Below are positions 33,704-41,477 of a DNA stretch of 45,100 bases, piece by piece. Every line of letters begins with the position of its first letter. Within the stretch, counting starts at the first letter, position 1. The position numbers and the translations under genes are program-made. Under the pieces are notes generated by a model. That model was given only the letters and a program-made list of their open reading frames with translations, searched no databases and was not told the origin of the DNA. Location of the stretch: positions 1 to 45,100 of the forward strand of contig CAOMHR010000001.1 in NCBI GenBank assembly GCA_948482865.1, in the 5' to 3' direction. The DNA comes from Christensenellaceae bacterium (GTDB lineage Bacteria; Bacillota; Clostridia; Christensenellales; Borkfalkiaceae).

Positions 33704-34103
33704 ACAAAATTTTAAAATGTTTAGCCCAATTATACGCCGCTAATAGAATTTGATTATGCCAATAATGATATGTGCTTTCCGGCAGACATAGTTCGTAACA
33801 AATTCGCTTAATGCTTTTGCGTTCTATATACCGTTTCTTAATAAGCTCGTCCTTCTGCTCCCATTTGAACTTTTCAAGCGTTTTTTCAAAAACAGTACAC
33901 CAGCCGCGTAACCGCTCTGTTTCGTATATAGCGCGTATCACCAACTGCTCCGCCCTGTTACCCGTTGATGCCTTTACGCGCTCTCCGTCCGGCGCAGAGC
34001 TATCGTAAGCCACAGCGCAGACCGCGTAGTTCTCCGCCTGGCTTTTATTCCATTTGTATTTGTAAAACTCACGCTCTATCGTCTTCCGCTGTTGCTTTGT
34101 CAT
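33702..34103 (-). CDS. RinA/ArpU-like late-gene transcriptional activator (sigma-70 region-4-like HTH)
   Basis: ORF track, 133 aa. N-terminal TIEREFYKYKWNKSQAENY and C-terminal RYIERKSIKRICYELCLPESTYHYWHNQIL (HTH). It is the last gene before the packaging module. Confidence 0.55.
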   Translation of the reverse strand: MTKQQRKTIEREFYKYKWNKSQAENYAVCAVAYDSSAPDGERVKASTGNRAEQLVIRAIYETERLRGWCTVFEKTLEKFKWEQKDELIKKRYIERKSIKRICYELCLPESTYHYWHNQILLAAYNWAKHFKIL

Positions 34104-34121
34104 TCCGCTTTCTCCTTACGT

Positions 34122-34355
34122 TCATAGATTAATTAATAAATTAAGCTGTTCCGGTTCCTTGCTTTCAAACAAGCTACATTCCATCAGCTTTAATTGGCTA
34201 TCAATGCTTTTGGGACTATCGTTGCAGTCGCTCGGTTTCTCTTGAATGTACATACCGATTTGCCCGTGCTGTCCGCAGCCGAACTTAAACCACGTTTTAT
34301 TGCTGTTGTAGAATTTTTTATCACGGTTAAGATAAATACAATCAAAACAAGGCAT
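34122..34355 (-). CDS. Phage hypothetical protein (77 aa, Cys-containing)
   Basis: ORF track. Confidence 0.45.
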   Translation of the reverse strand: MPCFDCIYLNRDKKFYNSNKTWFKFGCGQHGQIGMYIQEKPSDCNDSPKSIDSQLKLMECSLFESKEPEQLNLLINL

Positions 34356-34359
34356 TTGA

Positions 34360-35040
34360 TTAGCCCCACTGTTCAGCCATTGCTTTGGCTATACCCTCAA
34401 AAGTCTTGCTACGTTGCTTTGCCCTGTCTTTTGTGAATAGTCCCTTATGTTTTTCGTTATGCTTTCCGCTATAACTTCCCGACGGACAAAACGTACCGAT
34501 AGGTTCAATTATGTTGGTCGGTTGCAAATTAGGAAGTCCTTTTAACCACAAGCAGGTTCGTTTCGTATAGAGATGTCCATATTCATAGGGTTGAATCATT
34601 TGAGTGTATTTTGGCAATCCGTAAATTTTACTTGGTATAGGATTTTCTACGCAGATTTTATCTGCATACTCACAGCTGTATAATTTCATAAAAAACTTTT
34701 TCGCTTCAATGCCTTGCAAATAACGCTCATAATTTAGTTTTCCACCTTTGTATAAGTGTCTTGCTCCCGCATTGGAAAGATATGTACAAGGTGGATGTGC
34801 AATTATTAAGTCCCACTTATCAACAAAATGTCTTTCAAAATCTTCCGTTCTAAACCAGATACCAAGACCGACTTCACGAACAAAATAAGGATTTAAAATT
34901 TTTAATACGTCATCCTTAATATGCCACTCAGGATGTCCACCACTGCAATCCAAAATATCACAAGAATAAGCTTCGTGTCCTTTTTCTCTGAAAGCTATAC
35001 AGACACGTTGACTTTCTTCACAAGCAACTAAAACTCTCAT
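34360..35040 (-). CDS. C5-cytosine-methyltransferase-like protein lacking an obvious motif I and target-recognition domain (226 aa)
   Basis: ORF track. AHPPCTYLS (motif IV PC-like), ICVENP (motif VI ENV-like), TKRTCLW (motif VIII-like). The N-terminus VLVACEESQ replaces the usual FxGxG. Confidence 0.45.
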   Translation of the reverse strand: MRVLVACEESQRVCIAFREKGHEAYSCDILDCSGGHPEWHIKDDVLKILNPYFVREVGLGIWFRTEDFERHFVDKWDLIIAHPPCTYLSNAGARHLYKGGKLNYERYLQGIEAKKFFMKLYSCEYADKICVENPIPSKIYGLPKYTQMIQPYEYGHLYTKRTCLWLKGLPNLQPTNIIEPIGTFCPSGSYSGKHNEKHKGLFTKDRAKQRSKTFEGIAKAMAEQWG

Positions 35041-35048
35041 TGCACACC

Positions 35049-35522
35049 TTAAAACGGAATATCCGAATCATCTTCAAGATCTTGAAGACGCGGTTTATTC
35101 CCGAACATTGACTGTTGTTTGGGCGGTGCCACGTAATCACTCGCCGTTCGACTTGCTTGTCCGCGCGGTATATCGTGTCCGACATCATCGCCGAATTCGT
35201 TTGACTGTTTCGGAGTTAAAAACTCTACGTCTTGCACTTGTATTTCATTAGCGGTCTTTTTATCACCGTTCTTATCTTCATAGCTACGGTTCTGCAGACT
35301 TCCGGTTATAGCTATCTTATTGCCTTTACGCACGTATCTGGCTATCGACTCGGCAATACTTCTCCAAGCCTGACAGCTGAAAAAGTCTGTGTCGTAACCG
35401 CCGTCCGCGGTCTTGTAGTTCCTGCTCACCGCTATCGAAAAGCGGCATACCGATACACCCGAGCTTGTTTCCGTTAACTCTGGGTCTCTCGTTAAATTGC
35501 CTATTAAAAATACTCTGTTCAT
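35049..35522 (-). CDS. ssb: Single-stranded DNA-binding protein
   Basis: ORF track. MNRVFLIGNLTRDPELTETSSGVSVCRFSIAVSR OB-fold N-terminus and acidic tail ending DDSDIPF. Confidence 0.9.
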   Translation of the reverse strand: MNRVFLIGNLTRDPELTETSSGVSVCRFSIAVSRNYKTADGGYDTDFFSCQAWRSIAESIARYVRKGNKIAITGSLQNRSYEDKNGDKKTANEIQVQDVEFLTPKQSNEFGDDVGHDIPRGQASRTASDYVAPPKQQSMFGNKPRLQDLEDDSDIPF

Positions 35523-35534
35523 TTTAAATTTCTC

Positions 35535-36572
35535 CTAATATTTAATAAAATTTTTTCCATAAATCTTGTTAATTTCGTCTATACAATGAGCCATACCTAA
35601 CCCGTCTTTTGTTGGTTTCCATAAGCCGTCCGTATCGTAAGCACCGCCACCCATACAATACTCATACTGTCTTGGGTGAGTTTTCTTTAAGCGTTGGAAA
35701 CGGCTTTCGCCTTTTTCAAGGTGTACGCCGAAGCTGCAGAATATGCAGCCTGTCCTCTCGCACTTCGTAGTACATAATTTTTGTCCGCAATCACAAAGCA
35801 AGTCATTGTACTTCTCTGCGCTATCACGCTCTCCATAGACAACTTCCCCATAAACGCTTGCTATGGGTAGATTGTATCTTTTTATGTATTGAAGAATATC
35901 TTGATTAGTCCAAAACGAAAGCGGTTTACTCGTTGGTTTGTTGCTTTCAAAAGCATTACAACCTGTTTTTAACCACGCATTAGTCCTTCGTTGGCTTTCT
36001 TCGGCAAGTGTTCCAACAATACTAACCTTGTTATTTTTCTTACACCAATCGTCAAGTGGTTTTTCTTTCATAATTCCGCAACAATAAGAGCTAATATTAA
36101 AATCTAATTCAGTAAGCGATTTCCATTTTCCATATCTTTCTTTACGAAACTCGCTTACACCCTTTGTTTTGCAATCAATACCGTTTAACCTTTCATTTGC
36201 AAATTGGCTGCCACGCCGAGCATAATAAATTGTCAAAGCTATATCTTTGCTAATAAACGGATAGCCATACTTCCGTATAACTTCGTCAAATCGCGTTTTC
36301 GGTCGCAGTATCGTTACATTATCGAAAGTCTTAACAAACGACTGTATTTCGGGATATTCAAGTCCCGTGTTTACGAATATGGCTTCAATATCGTGATACA
36401 TTTGACGAACGATATGTAAAAGCACAGTACTATCTTTACCGCCGCTGAATGAAACATAAACGCCGTTAGTGCCGTAATAGCTTACCCACTCTCTTATGCG
36501 AGCCTGTGTTTTTTTGATTTTTAAGTCAAGCGGATAGGCTTGTAATATTTTTAATTCATCTTTACTCGGCAT
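35535..36572 (-). CDS. PAPS-reductase-family PP-loop ATPase with C-terminal Cys cluster (DndC-like architecture)
   Basis: VSFSGGKDSTVLLHIV PP-loop. C-terminal CDCGQKLCTTKCERTGCIFCSFG. ATG 36572 (AGGGG 6 nt upstream) is preferred over the ORF-track TTG at 36578. Confidence 0.75.
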   Translation of the reverse strand: MPSKDELKILQAYPLDLKIKKTQARIREWVSYYGTNGVYVSFSGGKDSTVLLHIVRQMYHDIEAIFVNTGLEYPEIQSFVKTFDNVTILRPKTRFDEVIRKYGYPFISKDIALTIYYARRGSQFANERLNGIDCKTKGVSEFRKERYGKWKSLTELDFNISSYCCGIMKEKPLDDWCKKNNKVSIVGTLAEESQRRTNAWLKTGCNAFESNKPTSKPLSFWTNQDILQYIKRYNLPIASVYGEVVYGERDSAEKYNDLLCDCGQKLCTTKCERTGCIFCSFGVHLEKGESRFQRLKKTHPRQYEYCMGGGAYDTDGLWKPTKDGLGMAHCIDEINKIYGKNFIKY

Positions 36573-36574
36573 TA

Positions 36575-36919
36575 TCAACCCCTAAAATATTTCTTAATTT
36601 CTCTTATAGCTGCATCAGCCCCATAGCATACTGTCGCGTAGTATCCGGCGTTATTCAGCTTACCTGTCCACAACAGCTGCTCTTTTGTCGGCTTACACGT
36701 AACGTCGCGTTTAAGCTCTATAAACAAGCCGTGATAGCCATTATTTGCAATGGGGATGAACAAGTCGGGAAAACCCTTGCGCATACCTAACCGCTTCAAT
36801 TTGGCGCCGTAGCGGGCGCTGCGCTTGCCTTCGTTTGCGATATGTATCACGTCTATTCCGCTGTATTCGCAGAACTGAATTACCGCTTCCTGTTCGCTTG
36901 CTTCTGTCTTAACCGCCAT
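36575..36919 (-). CDS. VRR-NUC domain nuclease
   Basis: ORF track, 114 aa. GFPDLFIP...GLFIELKR matches the D...ExK core of VRR-NUC. TAATG coupling with the upstream gene. Confidence 0.7.
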   Translation of the reverse strand: MAVKTEASEQEAVIQFCEYSGIDVIHIANEGKRSARYGAKLKRLGMRKGFPDLFIPIANNGYHGLFIELKRDVTCKPTKEQLLWTGKLNNAGYYATVCYGADAAIREIKKYFRG

Positions 36920-37686
36920 TACTTGTTCTCCTTAACGTCGAAATATCCGCCGCGTACAGCTCTTTTTAATGCTTCCGCTTTTGAACTGTCATCGTTCTGA
37001 TAAGCAAAGTCAAGCCGAACTATAATGTCGTATATCTTGTCGTTTGTGAGTTTTCTATTGTTCATATTACAATGCTGAATAAACGCCCAAAAAGCATCGC
37101 GGTAACTTCCGGTAATGCCGCAACCGTCAAAGATATCGTCGTAACTTTCACGCGCGTACGCGTTTGTTTCTTCTTTCTTACTTACTTCTTTATCATTTAA
37201 TTTAATTTTATTTAATTTTATTTCATTTAATATAGGGCTGGAATTGTTTACACTTTTCCAAAAAATGTTTACACTTTTGCCGCTTTTGTCTACATTTTCG
37301 ATAAAATCGTATACGATAGGTAGTGCGTACTCTTTTTCGAATACCACCTTTTGACTTCGCTTATACGTTGTAAGGTACGTTTCTTGACAGCGTTTACTCG
37401 TCAATATTCCGTGCTTTTGGAACATGTCCGCGTCGAATACTCCACGCCTTACCGCGCATGCTACTATTTCGGATACGCAGTTCCGACCCACCGTGTCCAA
37501 GCACCGTTCACGAATGAACAAGAGCTGCGTATCTATATCCCATTTTACATAGTAACCGTGTTCGCCTATAAATTGTTGCAGTTTCCTTACGGTTGCCCAA
37601 CCTTTTATTCCGAATTCGGCTTCTATCAGTTTGATTTCATCGGCATCATCGACATCAAGCGGAATTGTTTTAACTCCGCGTTTCAT
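36919..37686 (-). CDS. Replication-organiser-like protein (DUF4373 / Lin1244-type N-terminal domain)
   Basis: ORF track, 255 aa. The N-terminal pattern IPLDVDDADEIKLIEAEFGIKGWATVRKLQQFIGEHGYY resembles that family. Position between ERF and VRR-NUC. Confidence 0.5.
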   Translation of the reverse strand: MKRGVKTIPLDVDDADEIKLIEAEFGIKGWATVRKLQQFIGEHGYYVKWDIDTQLLFIRERCLDTVGRNCVSEIVACAVRRGVFDADMFQKHGILTSKRCQETYLTTYKRSQKVVFEKEYALPIVYDFIENVDKSGKSVNIFWKSVNNSSPILNEIKLNKIKLNDKEVSKKEETNAYARESYDDIFDGCGITGSYRDAFWAFIQHCNMNNRKLTNDKIYDIIVRLDFAYQNDDSSKAEALKRAVRGGYFDVKENK

Positions 37687-37695
37687 TGTGTCTCC

Positions 37696-38331
37696 TTATG
37701 CTACGTCTTCTCGTATAGCACGTTCAAGTGCTGAATACAGTTTATTGAACTCTTCGTCGCTAAGGTCGTTCACTTTCTTTCTGGCGCCGAGATTGTTTTC
37801 TATCCATTGCGTTATCTCTTCCGCCTGTATTTCCGTGCCTTTGATAAGGTCCTGTATCTTACGCGCTTTTGAATACTCCTGCTTCTTCCTGCGCTCTTCT
37901 TCTACTGCCGCTTCTACGGCTTGTACGGTCTTGGAACGCGTACCTTGCGGTTGTTCTCCCTGCTGCATATCCAGCGCCTCCGTTTCCACTATTTCATATG
38001 CCAGTAAGTATAAGTATCTTCTTACATAAGTCTCTGCTGCGCCCAGATTCTGAACCGGATGACAGCCCCTAAGCTCCGCGCCGCGCAACGGCGAAGTAAA
38101 GACTATCTTTTCGTTTGAGTCTTCTGTGTTGTAAAGCGTAAGCGTGCCTTCGTCGTCTGAAAAACTTACTACCGACAACAACCCGAGTTCTTTTTCAAGT
38201 TTCGTTGTGTGCGGCAGAATGTCCGACAAATCGAAATATTTATAGCCGACGCCTTTGTTGTTGCCGCTCTGTTTCAAGCCGGCTTCTTTGAGTTTTTGCC
38301 TTGCTTCCGCAAGTTTTTGGTAAATGTTCAT
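37696..38331 (-). CDS. erf: ERF-family single-strand annealing recombinase
   Basis: ORF track, 211 aa. MNIYQKLAEARQKLKEAGLKQSGNNKGVGYKYFDLSDILPHTTKLEKELGL matches the P22 Erf N-terminal pattern (Y..LAE...L.....Y.Y....DIL). Confidence 0.65.
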   Translation of the reverse strand: MNIYQKLAEARQKLKEAGLKQSGNNKGVGYKYFDLSDILPHTTKLEKELGLLSVVSFSDDEGTLTLYNTEDSNEKIVFTSPLRGAELRGCHPVQNLGAAETYVRRYLYLLAYEIVETEALDMQQGEQPQGTRSKTVQAVEAAVEEERRKKQEYSKARKIQDLIKGTEIQAEEITQWIENNLGARKKVNDLSDEEFNKLYSALERAIREDVA

Positions 38332-38903
38332 ACCGTTGTCTTCTCCTTGTTTTTTTTGTTTATATTAAACGGACATCTTTCCGAAGGGAAAGGCTCCGGT
38401 TTAAAACAGTAATGTATTCTCCTTATTACTTGAGGTACGTTCCTTTCTTCAAGTTTTTGTCCCGTCTGCCTGCATATCGGGATATCAACGTCATACGCAA
38501 GATTTATGCACTTGCCGCAGCCGTTCTTGCAAAGCCGCTCCCATTTCTGACGTGCTTCTTCTTCGCGCTGTTGTTGGAGTTTATCCGCACGACGACGTTC
38601 TTTGATTGCCCTTGCTTTGGCTTGTAGCTCCGTATTCAGACGTGTTACTTCTTCGTCTATCTCAACAGTAGGAAACGCCCCACTATCGCCGCACAATTTC
38701 GCACAGGCGACTATGTAGCTTAGATTACGGGCATTGCTTTCAATTGCATAATCGGCGCAGTGTGCGGCTTCCTGACCCAGCCAATACATTTTCTGCTTGC
38801 CGTTTATCGCGCCAGAAAACAAGCCGTAACACTCGTTTAAAAAGTGAATATTCTTGCGCTCTTGCGATAAAACGACTGCGCCGTTTTCTATGCTTAATCT
38901 CAT
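38328..38903 (-). CDS. Phage hypothetical protein (191 aa, Cys-rich C-terminal half)
   Basis: ORF track. ATGA overlap with erf. Confidence 0.5.
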   Translation of the reverse strand: MRLSIENGAVVLSQERKNIHFLNECYGLFSGAINGKQKMYWLGQEAAHCADYAIESNARNLSYIVACAKLCGDSGAFPTVEIDEEVTRLNTELQAKARAIKERRRADKLQQQREEEARQKWERLCKNGCGKCINLAYDVDIPICRQTGQKLEERNVPQVIRRIHYCFKPEPFPSERCPFNINKKNKEKTTV

Positions 38904-39061
38904 ACCCTATCCTTTTCGGTTATACGCTTTGCTTTTTCCTTACCAAACTCGTGCCAGAACCTATCCCACCATTCGTCCGAACGGTTCTTGAAATGGTCGT
39001 CATACAAAGGCAGAATCGTTGTAAGACATACTGCATACTTCGCGCTATTCATTGCTTTCAC
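38900..39061 (-). CDS. Small hypothetical protein (about 53 aa), below the ORF-track cutoff
   Basis: Hand translation: (GTG)KA-MNSAKYAVCLTTILPLYDDHFKNRSDEWWDRFWHEFGKEKAKRITEKDRV*. GTGA and ATGA overlaps with both neighbours fill an otherwise unexplained 154-nt gap. Confidence 0.4.
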   Translation of the reverse strand: MKAMNSAKYAVCLTTILPLYDDHFKNRSDEWWDRFWHEFGKEKAKRITEKDRV

Positions 39062-39363
39062 GATACATTCTCCTGCATATTACGTAATTCTTCTTCTGCC
39101 GCCTGCCGGCACGTGTCTTCGGTCAAAAACCATTCCTTGCCGAGTTCGTTATAATAGTGCCTGCGCCCTGCTTCGGTAAGCGTGCAATCGTCAGTAAATA
39201 CGCAGTCTGCTCCCAAAAACTCAACTGTGTCGGCATAGATATAGATTTCGTCACCGTAAATCTCGTAGACGTGTATTTTGTCGCCTATCTTGCAAGGCGG
39301 TTCAGTTATGAAACCGTAATTTTTGTTCTGCTGAATTGGTTGTCCCATAATCTGTACCAACAC
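39058..39363 (-). CDS. Phage hypothetical protein (101 aa)
   Basis: ORF track. Confidence 0.5.
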   Translation of the reverse strand: MLVQIMGQPIQQNKNYGFITEPPCKIGDKIHVYEIYGDEIYIYADTVEFLGADCVFTDDCTLTEAGRRHYYNELGKEWFLTEDTCRQAAEEELRNMQENVS

Positions 39364-39374
39364 CTTAATAATGC

Positions 39375-40031
39375 TTATTCTTTAATTTTCTTAAAAAAAT
39401 TTTCGAACACAGTGCTACCGAACTGTCCCTTTGTTATTTCAATAATTTCAGCAACCGTATACTTTTCTTTCTTTTCTTTAATGCTATCTAAAAACTGTTG
39501 TGTCCCCGCGCGGCAAGCACCGGTTATGACTCTATACGCTATCACTGCTTCGTTATATGTAAGCTCGCTTTCCAGCATTAAATGGCTGTACTGTTCGGCT
39601 CCGCGATCTTCTGATTTTTTGAACGCTATATCGAGAACTCCTTCTTTAAAAGTTCTGCAATGCGCATAATATTCTCCATCACAAACTACATTCTTGCCTT
39701 TTATCTTTCCGACATAATAGGTGTATTGTCCCATTGTTTTACGCACTTTTATGTGGGTAAGAATACCATCACAGAAAAGATAATTTCCTTCTTTGTAATC
39801 ACCGTCTTTTAAGTGGCGACAGTTTCGATTCGTTATCTGCGTGCCACGAAGGTAAAGCGAACCGCCTACTGTAAGGTTCTCGGGTAAACTCGTTATCTGC
39901 GTGCCGCTAAGGTCGAGCCAACCGCCTACTGTAAGGTTCTCGGGTAAACTCGTTATCTGCGTGCCACGAAGGTAAAGCGAACCGCCGTTTTCTTCCATCA
40001 TTTTTTCAAGTTCTTGCTTTGTGTAATTCAT
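39375..40031 (-). CDS. Protein with three 20-aa LRR-like repeats (GTQITSLPENLTVGGxLxLx) and a conserved-looking C-terminal domain (218 aa)
   Basis: ORF track. AAGGAG precedes ATG 40031. The repeats are near-identical at the DNA level. Confidence 0.6.
   Translation of the reverse strand: MNYTKQELEKMMEENGGSLYLRGTQITSLPENLTVGGWLDLSGTQITSLPENLTVGGSLYLRGTQITNRNCRHLKDGDYKEGNYLFCDGILTHIKVRKTMGQYTYYVGKIKGKNVVCDGEYYAHCRTFKEGVLDIAFKKSEDRGAEQYSHLMLESELTYNEAVIAYRVITGACRAGTQQFLDSIKEKKEKYTVAEIIEITKGQFGSTVFENFFKKIKE
39841..39996 (-). repeat. 2.6 tandem copies of a 60-bp unit (coding, inside 39375..40031)
   Basis: The unit CGTTATCTGCGTGCCACGAAGGTAAAGCGAACCGCCTACTGTAAGGTTCTCGGGTAAACT is at 39841-39900, repeated at 39901-39960 with a few substitutions. 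A partial third copy starts at 39961. Confidence 0.85.
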
Positions 40032-40055
40032 ATTTTGTCTCCTTGTTTTTATTTT

Positions 40056-40373
40056 TTATTCCCAATTATAATTGTTTTCGCACATACTCTTCATCTTCTT
40101 CAATGAGCCGAACGGCATTCTGAAAAATTTACTGCTTTTACTCGCCGCGTAGCGACCAGTCCAACGCTTACCTTCTTTCCATAAAAGAAAATCGCCGTAT
40201 TCGCCTTTGGCTTGCCACTCGCCGTCTGCAGTCTGTTCCCACTCCATACCTTTTGCATTCGATTGCACTTCCGTCTTTTGCTTGGGTTCAAAGTCCGTCT
40301 CGCAGTAGCCTTTGTATGCCATAGGCTTACGACAGCTCATTAACTTATTGCAATTTTTACACTGTCCGTACAT
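40056..40373 (-). CDS. Phage hypothetical protein (105 aa, N-terminal CxxC...C...C)
   Basis: ORF track. GGAG precedes the ATG. Confidence 0.5.
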   Translation of the reverse strand: MYGQCKNCNKLMSCRKPMAYKGYCETDFEPKQKTEVQSNAKGMEWEQTADGEWQAKGEYGDFLLWKEGKRWTGRYAASKSSKFFRMPFGSLKKMKSMCENNYNWE

Positions 40374-40389
40374 TTAACTCTCCGTCCTT

Positions 40390-40557
40390 TTAATTGCTAT
40401 CTTTAAATTTAGCCAACTGCGATTCGCTTATGCGGTACAACCTGCCGCCAACACAGTGCGCACGCAGTTTACCCTTACGTATCCAATCCCACACGGTGAT
40501 ACGTTTAACACTGAACATTTCAGCAACTTCTTGAGCTGTATAAAGTTTTTCTGTCAT
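40390..40557 (-). CDS. Excisionase-family / MerR-like HTH DNA-binding protein (55 aa)
   Basis: MTEKLYTAQEVAEMFSVKRITVWDWIRKGKLRAHCVGGRLYRISESQL. ATG 40557 with AAGGAG upstream is preferred over the longer track ORF, which overlaps the upstream gene. Confidence 0.6.
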   Translation of the reverse strand: MTEKLYTAQEVAEMFSVKRITVWDWIRKGKLRAHCVGGRLYRISESQLAKFKDSN

Positions 40558-40558
40558 A

Positions 40559-40759
40559 TCAGTTCTCCTTTTTTCCAAAGCACTCAGACACTTCATCAAG
40601 AGTTACGCCGAGCGCCTTCGCTATCTTTGCAGCAGTGGTTATACTCGGCGTACTCATACCACGCCTGTACTGCCTTATCGATTCTCTTTCAAGTCCCGCA
40701 ACTCTCGCAAAATTTTTAGGATTAAATCCGCGGGATATTATTAATTCTTCAAACGTCAT
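40559..40759 (-). CDS. XRE-family HTH transcriptional regulator (66 aa)
   Basis: ORF track. FARVAGLERESIRQYRRGMSTPSITTAAKIAKALGVTLDEV. Confidence 0.65.
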   Translation of the reverse strand: MTFEELIISRGFNPKNFARVAGLERESIRQYRRGMSTPSITTAAKIAKALGVTLDEVSECFGKKEN

Positions 40760-40782
40760 TAACTATCTCCTTTGATTGATTT

Positions 40783-40974
40783 TTAATAAGATTTGCTGGT
40801 GTAATTGTTGCTCTTCTCGCTTTTTTGTTTAGAAATTAGTTTTTCATTTTTTTTATCGTAATGTCTATCGACTAACATATTAATTAAGATCGACAACGAC
40901 ATTCCTAAACTTAAACATCCAAGGCAAAAACTTATCCCGCACAGCACTAATGTTGTTATTGAAACTGTTATCAT
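40783..40974 (-). CDS. Small membrane protein (63 aa, one or two TM helices then basic tail)
   Basis: ORF track. MITVSITTLVLCGISFCLGCLSLGMSLSILINMLV. GGAG-rich SD. Confidence 0.5.
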   Translation of the reverse strand: MITVSITTLVLCGISFCLGCLSLGMSLSILINMLVDRHYDKKNEKLISKQKSEKSNNYTSKSY

Positions 40975-41154
40975 TTTTTCTCCTGCTCTCCTTAGTCGGG
41001 GGCTTTTTTTGTTGTTAAATTTTTAAATGCATTGTTTCACAAAAATAGTTTGGTTTTGTATAGTTTTACTTGATTTTGTTTAGTTTTAAAAATCTGTGCG
41101 CTCACAATATATTGTGGTTATAAAATGTTTCACACTATATATTGTGTTTTTATC

Positions 41155-41183
41155 TTGACTTTTACAAACAACCGTTTTATAAT
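41155..41183 (+). promoter_or_regulatory. Near-consensus promoter TTGACT-N17-TATAAT for the small plus-strand gene
   Basis: TTGACT 41155-41160 and TATAAT 41178-41183. Two palindromes lie upstream: CACAATATATTGTG (41103-41116, perfect) and CACACTATATATTGTG (41131-41146, 7 of 8 pairs). Confidence 0.55.
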
Positions 41184-41231
41184 ATAACTATCAATTAGAA
41201 TTAATTGAAATATTAAAAGGAGAACAAAAAA

Positions 41232-41360
41232 ATGAACACTAAACAGACATCTAAGCCCGTTGCTTCTACTGCAAGCAAAGTTCTGAAAGACGGTCGTTAC
41301 AGCCCTGCATCCAAAACTTGTGCTGGTTCCGCTCTTTCTCAAACAAAGAAAGGTAAATAA
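41232..41360 (+). CDS. Small basic Ser/Thr/Lys-rich protein (42 aa), convergent with cro
   Basis: Hand translation: MNTKQTSKPVASTASKVLKDGRYSPASKTCAGSALSQTKKGK*. AAAGGAG lies 8 nt upstream. Below the ORF-track size cutoff. Confidence 0.5.
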   Translation: MNTKQTSKPVASTASKVLKDGRYSPASKTCAGSALSQTKKGK

Positions 41361-41435
41361 CCTATCTTGTCAACCAAACATATAGCAGTAAAAAAGTAAA
41401 AACAAGGAGAGAAATATGTGTTTTGGTTACTGAAT

Positions 41436-41466
41436 CGTCCACGGTATGTGGGCGGTTCTTTTTTGT
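41436..41466 (+). terminator. Plus-strand intrinsic terminator ending the small-gene transcript
   Basis: Stem CGTCCAC / GTGGGCG (one G-U pair), loop GGTAT, followed by GTTCTTTTTT. No U-tract in the minus orientation. Confidence 0.5.
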
Positions 41467-41477
41467 TCTCCGATTAA

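Noticed and set aside
39841-39996. Regular 60-bp repeats as a CRISPR-like or non-coding array
   Set aside because: The copies are directly adjacent with no spacers and lie in frame inside a well-supported ORF, where they translate to a 20-aa LRR-like repeat.
40990-41012. GGGGCTTTTTTT segments (here and at 41692-41712) as plus-strand terminators
   Set aside because: The possible stems are only 4 bp, and no plus-strand gene ends upstream of the first copy. They are interpreted instead as a repeated leader element of minus-strand early genes.
41130-41342. 70-aa minus-strand ORF from the track
   Set aside because: It has no SD and an implausible sequence. It overlaps the plus-strand unit, which has a consensus promoter, SD, ORF and terminator.
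41232-41360. The 42-aa peptide as an arbitrium (AimP-like) communication pro-peptide
   Set aside because: It has no N-terminal signal sequence, and no adjacent TPR-type AimR receptor gene is present. Its highly basic Ser/Thr-rich composition is unlike secreted pro-peptides.
41416-41433. Five-codon ORF MCFGY with a strong SD as a real gene
   Set aside because: It is too short to support on its own. It is kept only as part of the description of the small plus-strand transcript, where it could be a leader or decoy ORF or fortuitous.
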